DNA from: Macrostomum lignano
Lineage: Eukaryota
Reading direction: 5' to 3'
DNA length: 64,000 nt
Assembly (NCBI GenBank): GCA_002269645.1
Contig: NIVC01003362.1
Coordinates: 1-64,000 of the forward strand
Below, piece by piece: positions 1 through 11,472 of this stretch (position 1 is its first letter; every line of letters starts with the position of its first letter). A program made the position numbers and the translations under genes. The notes beneath the pieces are model-generated. The model ran no database searches, was not told the origin of the DNA, and saw only the letters and a program-made list of their open reading frames with translations.

Positions 1-660
1 TGCATTGGTTGCTTCTATGCAATGGTGGCAGCCAATCTATCCAGTTGTTGATAGTATAGGTTGGCCATAATCAATGCATTGGGTAGTAGCACTTCATAGA
101 GGATCACACCTTTTAGTCCCACCAAACATACAGCATCACCTTGCAAAGGTGGAGTCCAGCTTTAGGCTGTGGCTCAGGGGTCACGTCAGCATCCAACTAC
201 AACTATTGATGCTTGATGTTCATATATAAGTACCATTTTTTATTGCCAGTAACAATTGACTTCAGGCAATTATGCAGGAGAGTAGTGGCCACCTCTGCCC
301 TACATTTGCAGTCCCAGTTAGACAATTCACATGCTTGGGTGCAACCTAGGGATTCACCCGGCCGTTTCTATTGGCAACACACACATGTAAGTCGCTATTG
401 GACAGAATAGTAGTCACGTGACTTCTCTCAGCCAATAGCGACTTACATGTGTGTGTTGCCAATAGAAATGGCCGAGTGATTCCCAAGGTTGCGCATGTAT
501 GACAATTCATGGGGTACTTATTAAGTCAACTTGTGCACTTTTTTCACTTGATGCAAGTGAGTGGCAATAGTTTGATGGTCTATCCCAAAGACTTGTGCCA
601 ACTCACATTTGGTTTGTTGGGGATCAGCTTTAATGAGTGTGTACAGATAGTTATTCTTTA
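1..660 (-). mobile_element. Decayed Tc1/mariner transposase fragment (runs off window start), interrupted by a MITE
   Basis: Minus-strand translation gives LIKADPQQTKCELAQVFGIDHQTIATHLHQVKKVHKL (HTH), *VPHELS, SIVTGNKKW (TGDEKW motif), PKAGLH..KVMLYVWWD, GVILYEVL and LYYQQLDRL. These are mariner motifs in the expected order, with stops and a frameshift. Confidence 0.9.
329..500. mobile_element. Palindromic MITE-like insertion inside the mariner
   Basis: Arms 341-401 and 432-492 are near-perfect reverse complements around the central palindrome AGTCACGTGACT (412-423). GACAATTC(A) is duplicated at 321 and 501. Confidence 0.8.
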
Positions 661-3084
661 GAAACATTTTTTTAGAAAATGTTGTATTTGAAAGTAGGTC
701 CCTATGGTAATTCATTTAAACATATATACTATTAGAAATGTTTTAAATAGTATAAATATTTTTTTTTCAATTGTTTAAAACCATACTAAAAGGCCTATAA
801 ATATATAAGCAGCTAGCAAGAAAAGAATCAACTTGTTACTTGGTCCAGTAGCTATGAATTGGAATTTGAATCATTTAAAATCTTAAGCATTATTACTGAC
901 TTAGTTATTTGGAAGCTTTAAAAGCCCCAAGATTGGGAGAACTGACTCCATTCTTAGAGAATGAGACATCTAGATTTAGAATATAAGAAATCACCTTAGA
1001 AGGAAGAAATCCTACCATAGCCCATAGGGTAGAATAGTCTGGACTCGGTCTAAGAAACCTACCTCAGGGTAAGAATACCCAATAAATAAGCTGTGACCCT
1101 CTGATCCTGGGAATGCCTACGACTAAGAGAAAACCTTTAGAGGAATAGAATAGGATATTTATAAGAAAAGAGTAGACAAGTACTATAAGACCACTTAGGC
1201 TAGAAGTAAAGTACATATATATACATGTAGATAAATTTATGCACTACCAATAAAAGTATATAATGGTAAGATCATTTCAGAAGATAGAAATTATCCCTAT
1301 TACAACTTTTGGTATCAGTAGCAGAATAGTTTAGATAGACTGTCACTGGATCATCTTGTTGCCAGATTGTCTAGAAGCCAAGAAGCAGAGCAGCACCCCT
1401 ACCACAAATTTTCTATAAAGTTCTAGATTTGAATTTTCTAGAAACCGCGAGAAATCTTGACAACAGAATGTAAGTACTGGAAACCTGAAATTCATAAGAA
1501 AATCTTAGACTTAGGTTGAGCCTGAGGGTGAGTTAGGACCCAAAGTAGGGCAAAGATAAAAATAACAAAATAGGGACTTCTTGAACTTTAATTATACTTA
1601 AGTAAGTGGTTTAGTGGTGCAAAAAGATCAAGAATTAATATACTTAAAACTCTTCTACTGCATCTAGATTACTAGACATTATAATCGATTGAAGACTAGA
1701 TAGGCCTACATAAAATCAATCTCCATGAAGAATCTTGTCACACTAAAATCCCTACCCGATGCTCTATTTGTTCAACGAAAATAGATTATATAAATGATGA
1801 AGAAAACTTAGACGAAAGATATAAAATGTTTTCTGTAGTTCTAGAGCTGCAGAGCACCTCCATTTAGAATACTTAACTTCCAGCCAGCATTCTCGGAAAT
1901 TCCATTGATTTAAATGGTTCACTAAAATAAAAGCTAAGACATGATAATATTTTCTACACTCTTTAGACTCTAATTTTATACACATATTGATTTTTAAAAA
2001 TAGCAAATGTTATTTTATTCATTTTGTACATATTTTTTTAGATTTATCACACGGAAATACACATTCCTGTAAAGTTGTAAACCACACCTTTCTTCGCAGC
2101 AATTCAATTTCCATCAATTTAGTCGATTTTCCTGTTTTGATCTCCTCAAGTCGTCGAGATGCTTCCTTATCTGCTATAAGCCAGATATTTTCTGTTGTTT
2201 TCCTTATTTGGAATTCTGTAATATTTTTTCTTACTTCCTCGTTCCTTATTTTCTATGAATAGTCCTGTGATGCCTTTATGCTCAAGACTGCTAGTGTTTC
2301 CTGGTTCCTGAAGGAGACTATTATCTCCTATATTTGTGGCCTAATTATATTCAATGCAAGCTGTGGTTTAAAAAAAGATTATTAAATATTATCAAATAAA
2401 AACTATTAGTAGGTTTTTATTTTTAAAAAATGTTTTTATATTCCTTAATTACTATTAATAATATTATTATGTGAAAAATCCAAATACTTTAATAACTTTA
2501 TTGGTGTATGTTTTCAATAAAAAGACTTGTTCTTGCTAAAAAAATTAGTAATTGTTGCAAATTATATGTATAAAAATCTAATCTAGTTCTATGAAATATT
2601 TTATATATTGATTATGCGTAAGACTTAATCAAGTAATAAAAAATAGATTTTTGTTTTATTATATCATAGTTTAATTTACAAAACCTTTAAATCTTTATAT
2701 TAGGTAAATTGTAAAGCCTACTTCAATAATTTTTGCCTAATTTTGTTTTTAAGCAAAAGTTGGCAAGCATATTTATAATCAAAAGTAAGTTAATATGCCA
2801 AATATAGTATGTTTATATATAATTAACATATTTTTTTCCTAAAGTGCTAAACTAACTATATTATACCAGATCAATAAACATAAAAGCTTGAGAATTATAG
2901 TTATTAAAAAGTGAAAGTATATAAGATGTGAATCAGGAAAAGAAGTGTCATTTGTAAATAGATTTCAAATCTTTAAAGCCAAAACTGTTATCAAATTTTC
3001 CCCTTCAGAGCTTGCAGACAGTCATAGGAGACTAACTATTTGCTAGATAACAAACAAGTCTAAAAAAACAACAGTTCAAGCTTA

Positions 3085-3558
3085 ATGGCGGACTCGGACA
3101 CAGACAGTTCGAGCTCGGGTGGCTGGTCCAACTCTGGTGGTGAGGCTGAAGCGCCGGCGGCTGCTGCGGCAGAGGCTGCGGTTGCAGTGGCGGTGGCGAC
3201 TGCGGCGGCGGAGTCGGCCAGCAGCTCCTCCAATGCCGACCCAGAAGAGGCTTTGGCAGTGGCGGCGGCTGCTGAATCTGAGGCGGACAGCAGCGAAGAG
3301 GACGAAGGCAACCCGTTCGACGCGATTCGCGAAGGCCTGGACCGGCTGGCCGGCAGCGAGGCAGAGCGCCAATTCGTGGCCGACTTCGTCTCCAGCGACG
3401 CTGTGGCGCTGCTGTGCGACCTGACGGAGTTCCTGGACACCGAGCTGCAGACATTCCGGCTAAGCGACCAGTTCAAGGCCAGCGTGGCCGGCCTGTCCGA
3501 GCTGGTGGCCGAAGCCATAGAGTCCATCGATGCTGAACGGCTGTCTGGCGAGTTTCAG
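3085..3558 (+). CDS. MAGUK p55 subfamily (MPP2/MPP6/varicose-like), exon 1: acidic/Ala-rich N-terminus plus L27-like helices
   Basis: ATG at 3085; open frame to TTTCAG|GTGAG donor at 3558/3559. Confidence 0.7.
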
Positions 3559-3759
3559 GTGAGCGTTGAATGATTAGTCAAGGCAGCAGTTTTTATATTT
3601 GTCCTCCAATTTCCCAATTTTGCTGCTCGGCCTCGAAAAAATTTGACGCAAAAGTTTTTTGCCCTTAAAATGAAACTTCAAAAACAAAATTATTTTTAAA
3701 GAGCAGATTTTTTTCTTCAAAATAAGACAATTGGCAATAAAATCTGTTAGTTACATAAT

Positions 3760-4175
3760 CTGGGATCTCGGGATCTAGAGCCATAGCATCCGGGATTGGG
3801 GATTTAGAGTCATAGCATCCGGGATCTTGGGGATTTAGAGTCACAGCATCCGGGATCTGGGATCTAGAGTCATAGCATCCGGGATCTGGGGATCTAGAGT
3901 CATAGCATCCGGGATCTGGGGATTTAGAGCAATAGCATCCAGGATCTGGGAATCTAGAGTCATAGCATCCGGGATCTGGGGATCTAGAGTCATAGCATCC
4001 GGGATCTGGGGATTTAGAGTCATAGCATCCAGGATCTGGGGATCTAGAGTCATAGCATCCGGGATCTGGGGATCTAGAGTCATAGCATCCGGGATTTAGG
4101 GATTTGGAGCCATTGCATCCGGGATCTGGGGATCTAGAGCCATAGCATCCGGGATCTGGAGATTTTGAGCCATAT
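3760..4175. repeat. Intronic minisatellite, 30-bp unit GGGATCTGGGGATCTAGAGTCATAGCATCC
   Basis: About 13 tandem copies read directly. Confidence 0.95.
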
Positions 4176-4241
4176 CATCATAAATCTGGTAACTGAAATG
4201 ATTCTCACCTGTCATTACTCGCCATCAACCCGCACTCGCAG

Positions 4242-4425
4242 CCGGACGTCTCTGAGCTGACGAGCCTGCTATCCTCGATGAAGCTGTCCAGCTTCCTAGC
4301 CAGCATGGCCGAGGTCGCCAAAGGCGAGTACGAGCCGGAGCTTGGCGAGCTGCCAGAAGATTTCTTCGATGAGTACAGCTCGGGCAGCGAGGACAGCAAC
4401 TCGGTGGATTCATCCGACAGGGAAA
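4242..4425 (+). CDS. MAGUK exon 2: second L27-like domain
   Basis: CGCAG| acceptor, phase 0; translates PDVSELTSLLSSMKLSSFLASMAEVAKGEYEPEL...; AAA|GTGAGT donor. Confidence 0.7.
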
Positions 4426-4840
4426 GTGAGTCGTCGGTTAAGAGGGGGAGTACTTGACTTACTTGACTTGACTTAGCTGCAGGGTGGTCCGTAGACACAG
4501 CGGGGAGGCAAGGGTTACCCGATCCGCTAGCCCTGAAGGCCCTCAAACAGGCAGAGGCGTGGGCCAGTCAAGGCGGTCCGCCAGTCCAGCGTTATCTTCC
4601 GTAGGGAAGAAAGAGGCTCGTCTTGTCGCCCGGAGGAGCCGGATGAGCCGTGGGATGCTGTCGGGCTGGCAGACCTCGTCAATAGACGGGTTCGGCCCGA
4701 TGTAGCGTAGCCGGTCTCTGGTAAAGAAAGGGCAGTGACAGACAAAGTGCTGAGCATCTTTATTGTTCGCAAAAGGGCAAAGTTCACTCTCGAGGTCGCC
4801 TGGGAGGAAGCAGTGCTGTGAAGTGTTTGTTTGTCTTTAG

Positions 4841-5331
4841 CTTTTAGCGGAGGGGTGTTTTCAAAAGTGCGGAAGACGGGTGGCGGGCTACCAAACGACT
4901 CTCCTTTCTTTAAACACGAATTGATTCTCCACAAAGGCTTCCGCGTCCCTTCGAACTCCGCGGCCGCCGCCTCCGCCGCCTCACCCCTGGTCGCCGGGGG
5001 CGTCAACGGCGACGCTCCGGACACGACGCGGTCGCGACCGAGCGGCAAGCAGGTCAGCTACATCGGCCTGCCGCCTGAGCAGCCGCAGCCGCCGCCTCAG
5101 CAACGGCATTCCTCTGTGCAATTGCGCAACCCCAGCGGCTTAGGCGGAGCCTCGAACTCTGCCTATCGGCATAGCAACCTGGTGGAACGCCAGGTGTCAA
5201 TCAATAAGGATCCCAGCGAGCCGCTCGGCTTCACCGTGGCCAGAGAATACGTGGCCCAGTACGACAAGCAGATGATCATGGTTGAGCGGGTCATGATGGA
5301 CGGCCCCATCGATAGGGAGGGCGTGTTTCAG
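4841..5331 (+). CDS. MAGUK exon: linker plus first half of PDZ (5' boundary uncertain; 4937 is an alternative)
   Basis: ERQVSINKDPSEPLGFTV...IMVERVMMDGPIDREGVFQ; CAG|GTGAGT donor at 5331. Confidence 0.75.
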
Positions 5332-5479
5332 GTGAGTCTCGGCTCGCTCGACAAACCCGAATGTTCACAGATTAACACAAGTATTGTTTAAAAACCCAAA
5401 CCTTTAAAATCCGAGTGTTTACGAACCCAGAATATTCACAACTTTTAATGTTCACAAACCTAACACTATAGTCCACATC

Positions 5480-5745
5480 CCTAAATCTTCACAAACCTGA
5501 ATTTCCACATCCCCAAATCTTCACAAACCTGAATTTTCACATCCCCAAATCTTCACAAACCTGAACGTTCACATCCCCATGTCTTCACAAACCTGAATGT
5601 TTACATCCCCAAATGTTCATAAACCTGAATGTTCATATGCCAGAATGTTCACAAACCTGACCTTTCACATCCCCAAGTCTTCACAAACCTGAATGTTTAC
5701 ATCCCCAAGTCTTCACAAACCTGAACGTTCACATGCCCAAATCTT
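5480..5745. repeat. Intronic minisatellite, about 30-bp unit CACATCCCCAAATCTTCACAAACCTGAAT(T)
   Basis: Tandem copies ending just before the 5773 acceptor. Confidence 0.9.
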
Positions 5746-5773
5746 CAAAAATCGGCAACTTTTCGAACCGCAG

Positions 5774-6164
5774 GTGGGCGACCTGATCACAGAGATCAAT
5801 GAGCAGCCGCTGGAGTCGCCAGAAGCTCTTCAACGAATGCTTCGCCAGCTGTCGGGCAACGTGACCTTCACTGTCCTCACTCCAGCCTTTAAAAGTGTGC
5901 GATCTGACCACAGCACCGTGTACCTTCGAGCCTGCTTCGAGTACCGGCCGGACTTTGACACCCTGCTGCCCACCCGGGATCTGGGACTCCGCTTCGTCTG
6001 CGGCGACATCCTGCAGGTGGTGAACCAGGAGGACCCGAACTACTGGCAGGCGCGGCTGGTTGGCAAGCCCGGCAAGACCAAGCTGATCCCCTCGCAGCAG
6101 CTCGAGGAGAAGCGCAAGGCATTCATCCCCGTGCGCAAGGATGCGCAGGCCCGGCAGGCCAGTG
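5774..6164 (+). CDS. MAGUK exon: second half of PDZ plus SH3
   Basis: VGDLITEIN...YLRACFEYRPDFDTLLPTRDLGLRFVCGDILQVVNQEDPNYWQA...LIPSQQLEEKRKAF, matching the MPP2/MPP6 motif LIPSQxLEEKRKAF; canonical splice sites. Confidence 0.9.
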
Positions 6165-6821
6165 GTGAGCGAGGAATTTGGGAGGGAGTGGCTGAGCACA
6201 CTGTATTAGTAATTTAGCTTTGAAGTTGTTATACCCATATATATTAAATTATTTGTCCTATTTTAATCTTGAATAAATTATTCCATTTTTAAGTTGCAAA
6301 GACGTAAACTTTACATAGATTTAACCTTGATTTTCTGTTATTGCTTTGCTATCTACTATGAGTAGCCCGTTGAAAATGTTACCGTGACAAAAATCGCTAA
6401 AAAGTCATTGCAAACAACGCACGAGTGACTCTCTAGCGATTCTAGAGCGACTCTTGTAACCGTTTAGCGACTCCAAAAAAAACGATTGTAATACACTGGA
6501 AAGGCGAATCGAGTTGTATAGAGTCGTCAAAGAGTCTTCATGTTAGCGCTGAACTCTCTACTAACTCAAGTAGACTAAATAGAGTTGCTGTAAAAGCAAA
6601 ATGCGATTCTAATGCACAAAGTGACTCCAGCACGCCTAGCTTAGCTAATTTTTTTATTTCCCACTTATATTTATTCATGGCACCTGATTATAGCGCACCT
6701 ATTATATTATCAGCTCAGCTAATTCGCTTGGCAACGCACTAATACGCACGGCCGCCCCCCCTCTCTCTTCCTCGTCAATCCCCCTGCCCGAATCCAGCGG
6801 CCTCCTGCGCCCCACTTGCAG

Positions 6822-7342
6822 CTGGCAAGCAGCCGGGCAAGGGCAGAGTGAAGAAGACCATCTTCAGCGCCGAGACTGCAGCCGAGTTCGACCGGGCGGA
6901 GATCTGGACCTACGAGGAGGTGGTGATGTGCCCGCCGGAGCCGCTCACCTGCCTGGTGCTGGTCGGGCCGCCCGGCATCGGCCGGCGCACGGTGAAGAAG
7001 TGGCTGTGCCAGCGCCTGCCAGACAGGTTCGCCGAGGTCAAGCCGGTCAGCAGCAACTCCAGAAGGCGAGACGGCGCCGCCCATGCCAGCAAGGAGGCCA
7101 TGCGGAAGGCCATCGCCGCCGGCGAGTTCCTGGAATACGGCGACTTCCAAGGCGAGCTAATCGGAGTCCGACTGGCCGACATTGAGGCCGTGTCGCGGCC
7201 GCGGTTGCAGGAGGACGACGGTGAGGAGGAGCGGCTGACGGCGGTGGTGGACTGCCTGTGCCCGTCCATCAAGCTGCTGCGCAGCGGCCGCTTCAAGCCC
7301 TACGTGGTGTTCATGGCCGCGCCAGCCGTGGAGATCCAGCAG
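6822..7342 (+). CDS. MAGUK exon: HOOK plus guanylate-kinase-like domain
   Basis: AEFDRAEIWTYEEV (compare MPP6 AEFDRHEIQIYEEV), LVLVGPPGIGRR, GEFLEYGDFQG, FKPYVVFMAAP; donor CAG|GTGCGT. Confidence 0.9.
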
Positions 7343-7586
7343 GTGCGTGGGCGGTTTTATATTTGAATTCTGAGACTTGTCATCGCGTTCTAAGAATTCG
7401 CCTTCTGATAGAATGGAACTGCTAGCCATTTAAATATTGGGTTTTAAGTTATTCTTGCATTTTTTCTTTCTTAAGTAATCGGGCTTCAAATCCCCCTGTA
7501 AAGATTTTATTCGAATCCTAAAGTTTATAATCGGCCTTCAAATTCTTAAAATCTGTCTTAGAATTTTTAATCAAGACTTAATCAAG

Positions 7587-7758
7587 AATCGGCCTTCAAA
7601 TCTTGTGTCAAGAATCGGCTTTCAAATCTTTAGTGAAGAATCGGCCTTTAAGTCCTTAATCAAGAATCGGCCTTTAAAAATTTAGTTAATAATCGGCCTT
7701 CAAATATTTAGTCAAGAATCGGCCTTCAAATCTTCAGTCAAAAATCGGCCTTCAAATC
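7587..7758. repeat. Intronic minisatellite, about 22-bp unit AAGAATCGGCCTTCAAATCTT
   Basis: Degenerate tandem copies. Confidence 0.85.
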
Positions 7759-7837
7759 CTGATTCAAACAGCTGTTCTATACTCAGTTAGAATCGGCATT
7801 CCCCATGACTGTGACTTTTAATGCATCCCCCTTGCAG

Positions 7838-8089
7838 GTGCTGCAGGACAAGGGCCGATCGCAGGGCGTCCTGAGCCGCACGCGGACCCAAGAGGAGATG
7901 CAGCGCGCGGTGAACAAGAGCATCCGGATGGAGCGGCTGTACCGTCCCCTGTTCGACCTGGCCGTTCTGTGCGACAACTTGGAGTCGGTCTATCAGAAAA
8001 TTGTCACCTGTGTTGAATCTGTGGAGGCCAACGGCAGGTGGCTGCCCGCCAGTTGGGTGAACGACATGGAGGACCAGCCCACTGCTTGA
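7838..8089 (+). CDS. MAGUK terminal exon: end of GUK domain
   Basis: TTGCAG| acceptor; SIRMERLYRPLFDLAVLCDNL...WLPASWV resembles the MPP C-terminal WVPxSWV; ends in TGA. Confidence 0.88.
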   Translation: MLQDKGRSQGVLSRTRTQEEMQRAVNKSIRMERLYRPLFDLAVLCDNLESVYQKIVTCVESVEANGRWLPASWVNDMEDQPTA

Positions 8090-8757
8090 ATGTGGCAACC
8101 ACTGGTTAGTAACCGTGATGTTTACGTTAGTTACCTTGTTTTTTATCGAACGATTCAGCCGATTCCAATGACGTGTTTCAATATATTCGCTTTGCATCTA
8201 CTTAGAGTAGGCAGTACCGAGTTTCTTTAGCTTTATATTTATCATGTTGTAGCAACACGCTTGGTCTGTTTGATTCCGCGCTTAAAATGATTAATTCGAA
8301 ATGAATGCGACTGCAGTCAGCAGAGTTCTGTTGCTCAAATTTTAAATTAATTTGATTTCTTAACTGACGCCGTGTTCTATCAATAATAATGTGTCATTTA
8401 TCTGACATATGGCCGCTAATTGATCCACCTTTTATCCTTATCTAATCTTCCAGACTGTTGTTACTGACTTTTAACGTTGTTTTTTACTAATAATTGATTA
8501 GGCGTTACAATTATTTTCGCCGATTTACTTTTTCTGTACTAACTGGTTGAGTAGGCTTCGAGTTTTAGTTCTGTTTTATTTACTTATTAACTCATGCCGC
8601 TTTTTTATCTTGCTGTGATGCTAGCGTTTAATCCGTTTAGTTTGTTTTGTTTTATTGACACTGGCTTCTCTTGGTTTCACTATGATATAACTGCCCGCTC
8701 ATTATCAGGTGTAATCGGGAGCTTCACGTGCTCCTCAAGGGTGTTAAAAAAATTCTT

Positions 8758-8953
8758 TTAATTGGCGCCGCTGTAAGGGTTTAATTGGCGCCGCTGTAAG
8801 GGTTTAATTGGCGCCGCTGTAAGGGTTTAATTGGCGCCGCTGTAAGGGTTTAATTGGCGCCGCTGTAAGGGTTTAATTGGCGCCGATGTAAGGGTTTCAT
8901 TGGCGCAGCTTTAAGGGTTTAATTGGCGTCACTGTAAGGGTTTAATTGGCGCC
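8758..8953. repeat. Minisatellite, 23-bp unit TTAATTGGCGCCGCTGTAAGGGT
   Basis: About 8 tandem copies. Confidence 0.95.
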
Positions 8954-9689
8954 AAAGTTTCGGATAAGCCAGAATAAGCTCTCAGGCACATTTGAGGGCC
9001 TTAGAGTTCTCTCTGTTATAAGTCCTTTGTTCATCTTTGGTCAGCAGGTAGAGTGCCACTGTCCATTCCGACACATTCCATAAATTTGTACCCTTTTTCA
9101 TTTTGCCTTAATTGCTGATTTATTATTCTTGTTTGTGTGTGACGTTTTTATTAAATATAAGTTTTCGTTTGCATGACCCAACACCTGCTTTTGCAGTATT
9201 TTTCATTATATTATCATTGCCCTAAATTATATTAACATTAAACTGCCTGCTTAATATATAATAACTACCTGTAAATACCTGTAACGATACGCATCGCGCG
9301 AACCGGTTTTGCGGTGAAACTAAAATATTTTGTACCTTAATTTCGACTTTTTTCTTTGTGGCTTCTCATCAACAATGCGAGACGATTCACGAGCTACTTT
9401 TTACTGTACTATATATAGCGAACTGTAAACTTTTAACTAGTTTCTATGTCACCTTTGTAGCATTCCTATTGTGCTTACGTACTCGTATATTGATTTTAGT
9501 ACTGTCAGCTCCATCAATTGTATTCTCGAGGTCAAAATACAGGAACTGCTGCGATGTATTTAGGTATTCATTATTAAGATTATTAAGATGCTTTCGGTTG
9601 ATGAAATTTCTTGTACTAGCTTGCCGCGGCTAATGGTGAGGGATTTTGGGAAGCGGAGGTAAGGGTGTGGGATCTGCGAAGCAGAGGGT

Positions 9690-10757
9690 AAGGATGAGGG
9701 ATCTGGGAAGCGGAGGTTAGCAGCGGGCTAAGGATGAGGGATCTGGGAATAAGAGGTTGGCAGCGGGCTAAGGATGAGGGATCTGGGAAGCGGAGGTTGG
9801 CAGCGGGCTAAGGATGAGGGATCTGGGAATAAGAGGTTAGCAGCGGGCTAAGGATGAGGGATCTGGGAATAAGAGGTTAGCAGCGGGCTAAGGATGAGGG
9901 ATCTGGGAAGCGGAGGTTGGCAGCGGGCTAAGGATGAGGGATCTGGGAATAAGAGGTTAGCAGCGGGCTAAGGATGAGGGATCTGGGAATAAGAGGTTGG
10001 CAGCGGGCTAAGGATGAGGGATCTGGGAAGCGGAGGTTGGCAGCGGGCTAAGGATGAGGGATCTGGGAATAAGAGGTTAGCAGCGGGCTAAAGATGAGGG
10101 ATCTGGGAATAAGAGGTTAGCAGCGGGCTAAGGATGAGGGATCTGGGAAGCGGAGGTTGGCAGCGGGCTAAGGATGAGGGATCTGGGAATAAGAGGTTGG
10201 CAGCGGGCTAAGGATGAGGGATCTGGGAATAAGAGGTTGGCAGCGGGCTAAGGATGAGGGATCTGGGAAGCGGAGGTTAGCAGCGGGCTAAGGATGAGGG
10301 ATCTGGGAATAAGAGGTTGGCAGCGGGCTAAGGATGAGGGATCTGGGAAGCGGAGGTTGGCAGCGGGCTAAGGATGAGGGATCTGGGAATAAGAGGTTAG
10401 CAGCGGGCTAAGGATGAGGGATCTGGGAATAAGAGGTTAGCAGCGGGCTAAGGATGAGGGATCTGGGAAGCGGAGGTTGGCAGCGGGCTAAGGATGAGGG
10501 ATCTGGGAATAAGAGGTTAGCAGCGGGCTAAGGATGAGGGATCTGGGAATAAGAGGTTGGCAGCGGGCTAAGGATGAGGGATCTGGGAAGCGGAGGTTGG
10601 CAGCGGGCTAAGGATGAGGGATCTGGGAATAAGAGGTTAGCAGCGGGCTAAGGATGAGGGATCTGGGAAACGGAGGTTGGCAGCGGGCTAAGGATGAGGG
10701 ATCCGGGAATGAGATGTTAGCAGCGGGCTAAGGATGAGGGATCTGGGAAGAAGAGGT
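9690..10757. repeat. Minisatellite, 40-bp unit CAGCGGGCTAAGGATGAGGGATCTGGGAA(TAA/GCG)GAGGTT(A/G)G
   Basis: About 26 copies, two sequence variants. Confidence 0.97.
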
Positions 10758-11472
10758 ACGCTCGTAGCTTCGCTAAAACGACAATTAGCAATCTGTAACG
10801 AAGTTAAAGTTCTGATCTTAAGTATATACACGAATAAATCCTAAAACTTGTGCAGCACACAAAGCTTTATTTACTGTACATCATATGTATATCATTTCCC
10901 AGTGGCTATGCGTCTGTCATAAAAACTGTTATTTTCTATACCAAAAGCCACCTTCATAGCATTAGAAAATACGATCGCGTACGAGTACTTTTTAGTGGCT
11001 CAGTCAGCTGGCTCTCTGAGCTTGGGCGCCAAGAATTAGCTATACTGTTCCTACCCAAAAATATTCGCTTCTTACAGACTTACAGCACTACATTCCCAAA
11101 TTCTTCTCATTATAATTATGTGAGCGTATGCAGTGTCTGCAGCTATCCTGCACTCCGTTTACTATATTGAATAGACATTCCGTTTTAATGGCAATTTTTG
11201 CTACACGATTCAAGTTGCTGATACTTTTTTGTATTAAATATAACGAAAAGGGAGATGATTTTATCAAAGCATCCAGCCATTGCAGCCAGGAATGATTTAC
11301 TGACAATATTTTGTCTGTATCATCTCTATTTGTTAGTTTTTTGCTATTTTAAGATGCATTTATAGTTAATTCTTTATTAAGTGGTTGAGTAAGCTATATG
11401 TACGTAAATTCATCAAGAATTAGACAACTTTTTTGCGTCGACGGACTTGTCTAAGTTTTCTACACAAGTATA

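Noticed and set aside
1764-2300. Charged minus-strand frame that looks coding
   Set aside because: Interrupted by stops and no family recognised.
3032-3527. Antisense/overlapping ORFs over GC-rich exons (also at 5729, 6719, 40492, 43419, 50161, 50926, 51904)
   Set aside because: Shadow ORFs expected from GC-rich codon usage on the opposite strand.
9690-10757. CRISPR-like regular array
   Set aside because: Monomers are contiguous with no unique spacers and no cas genes; it is a eukaryotic minisatellite. The same applies to all other arrays.
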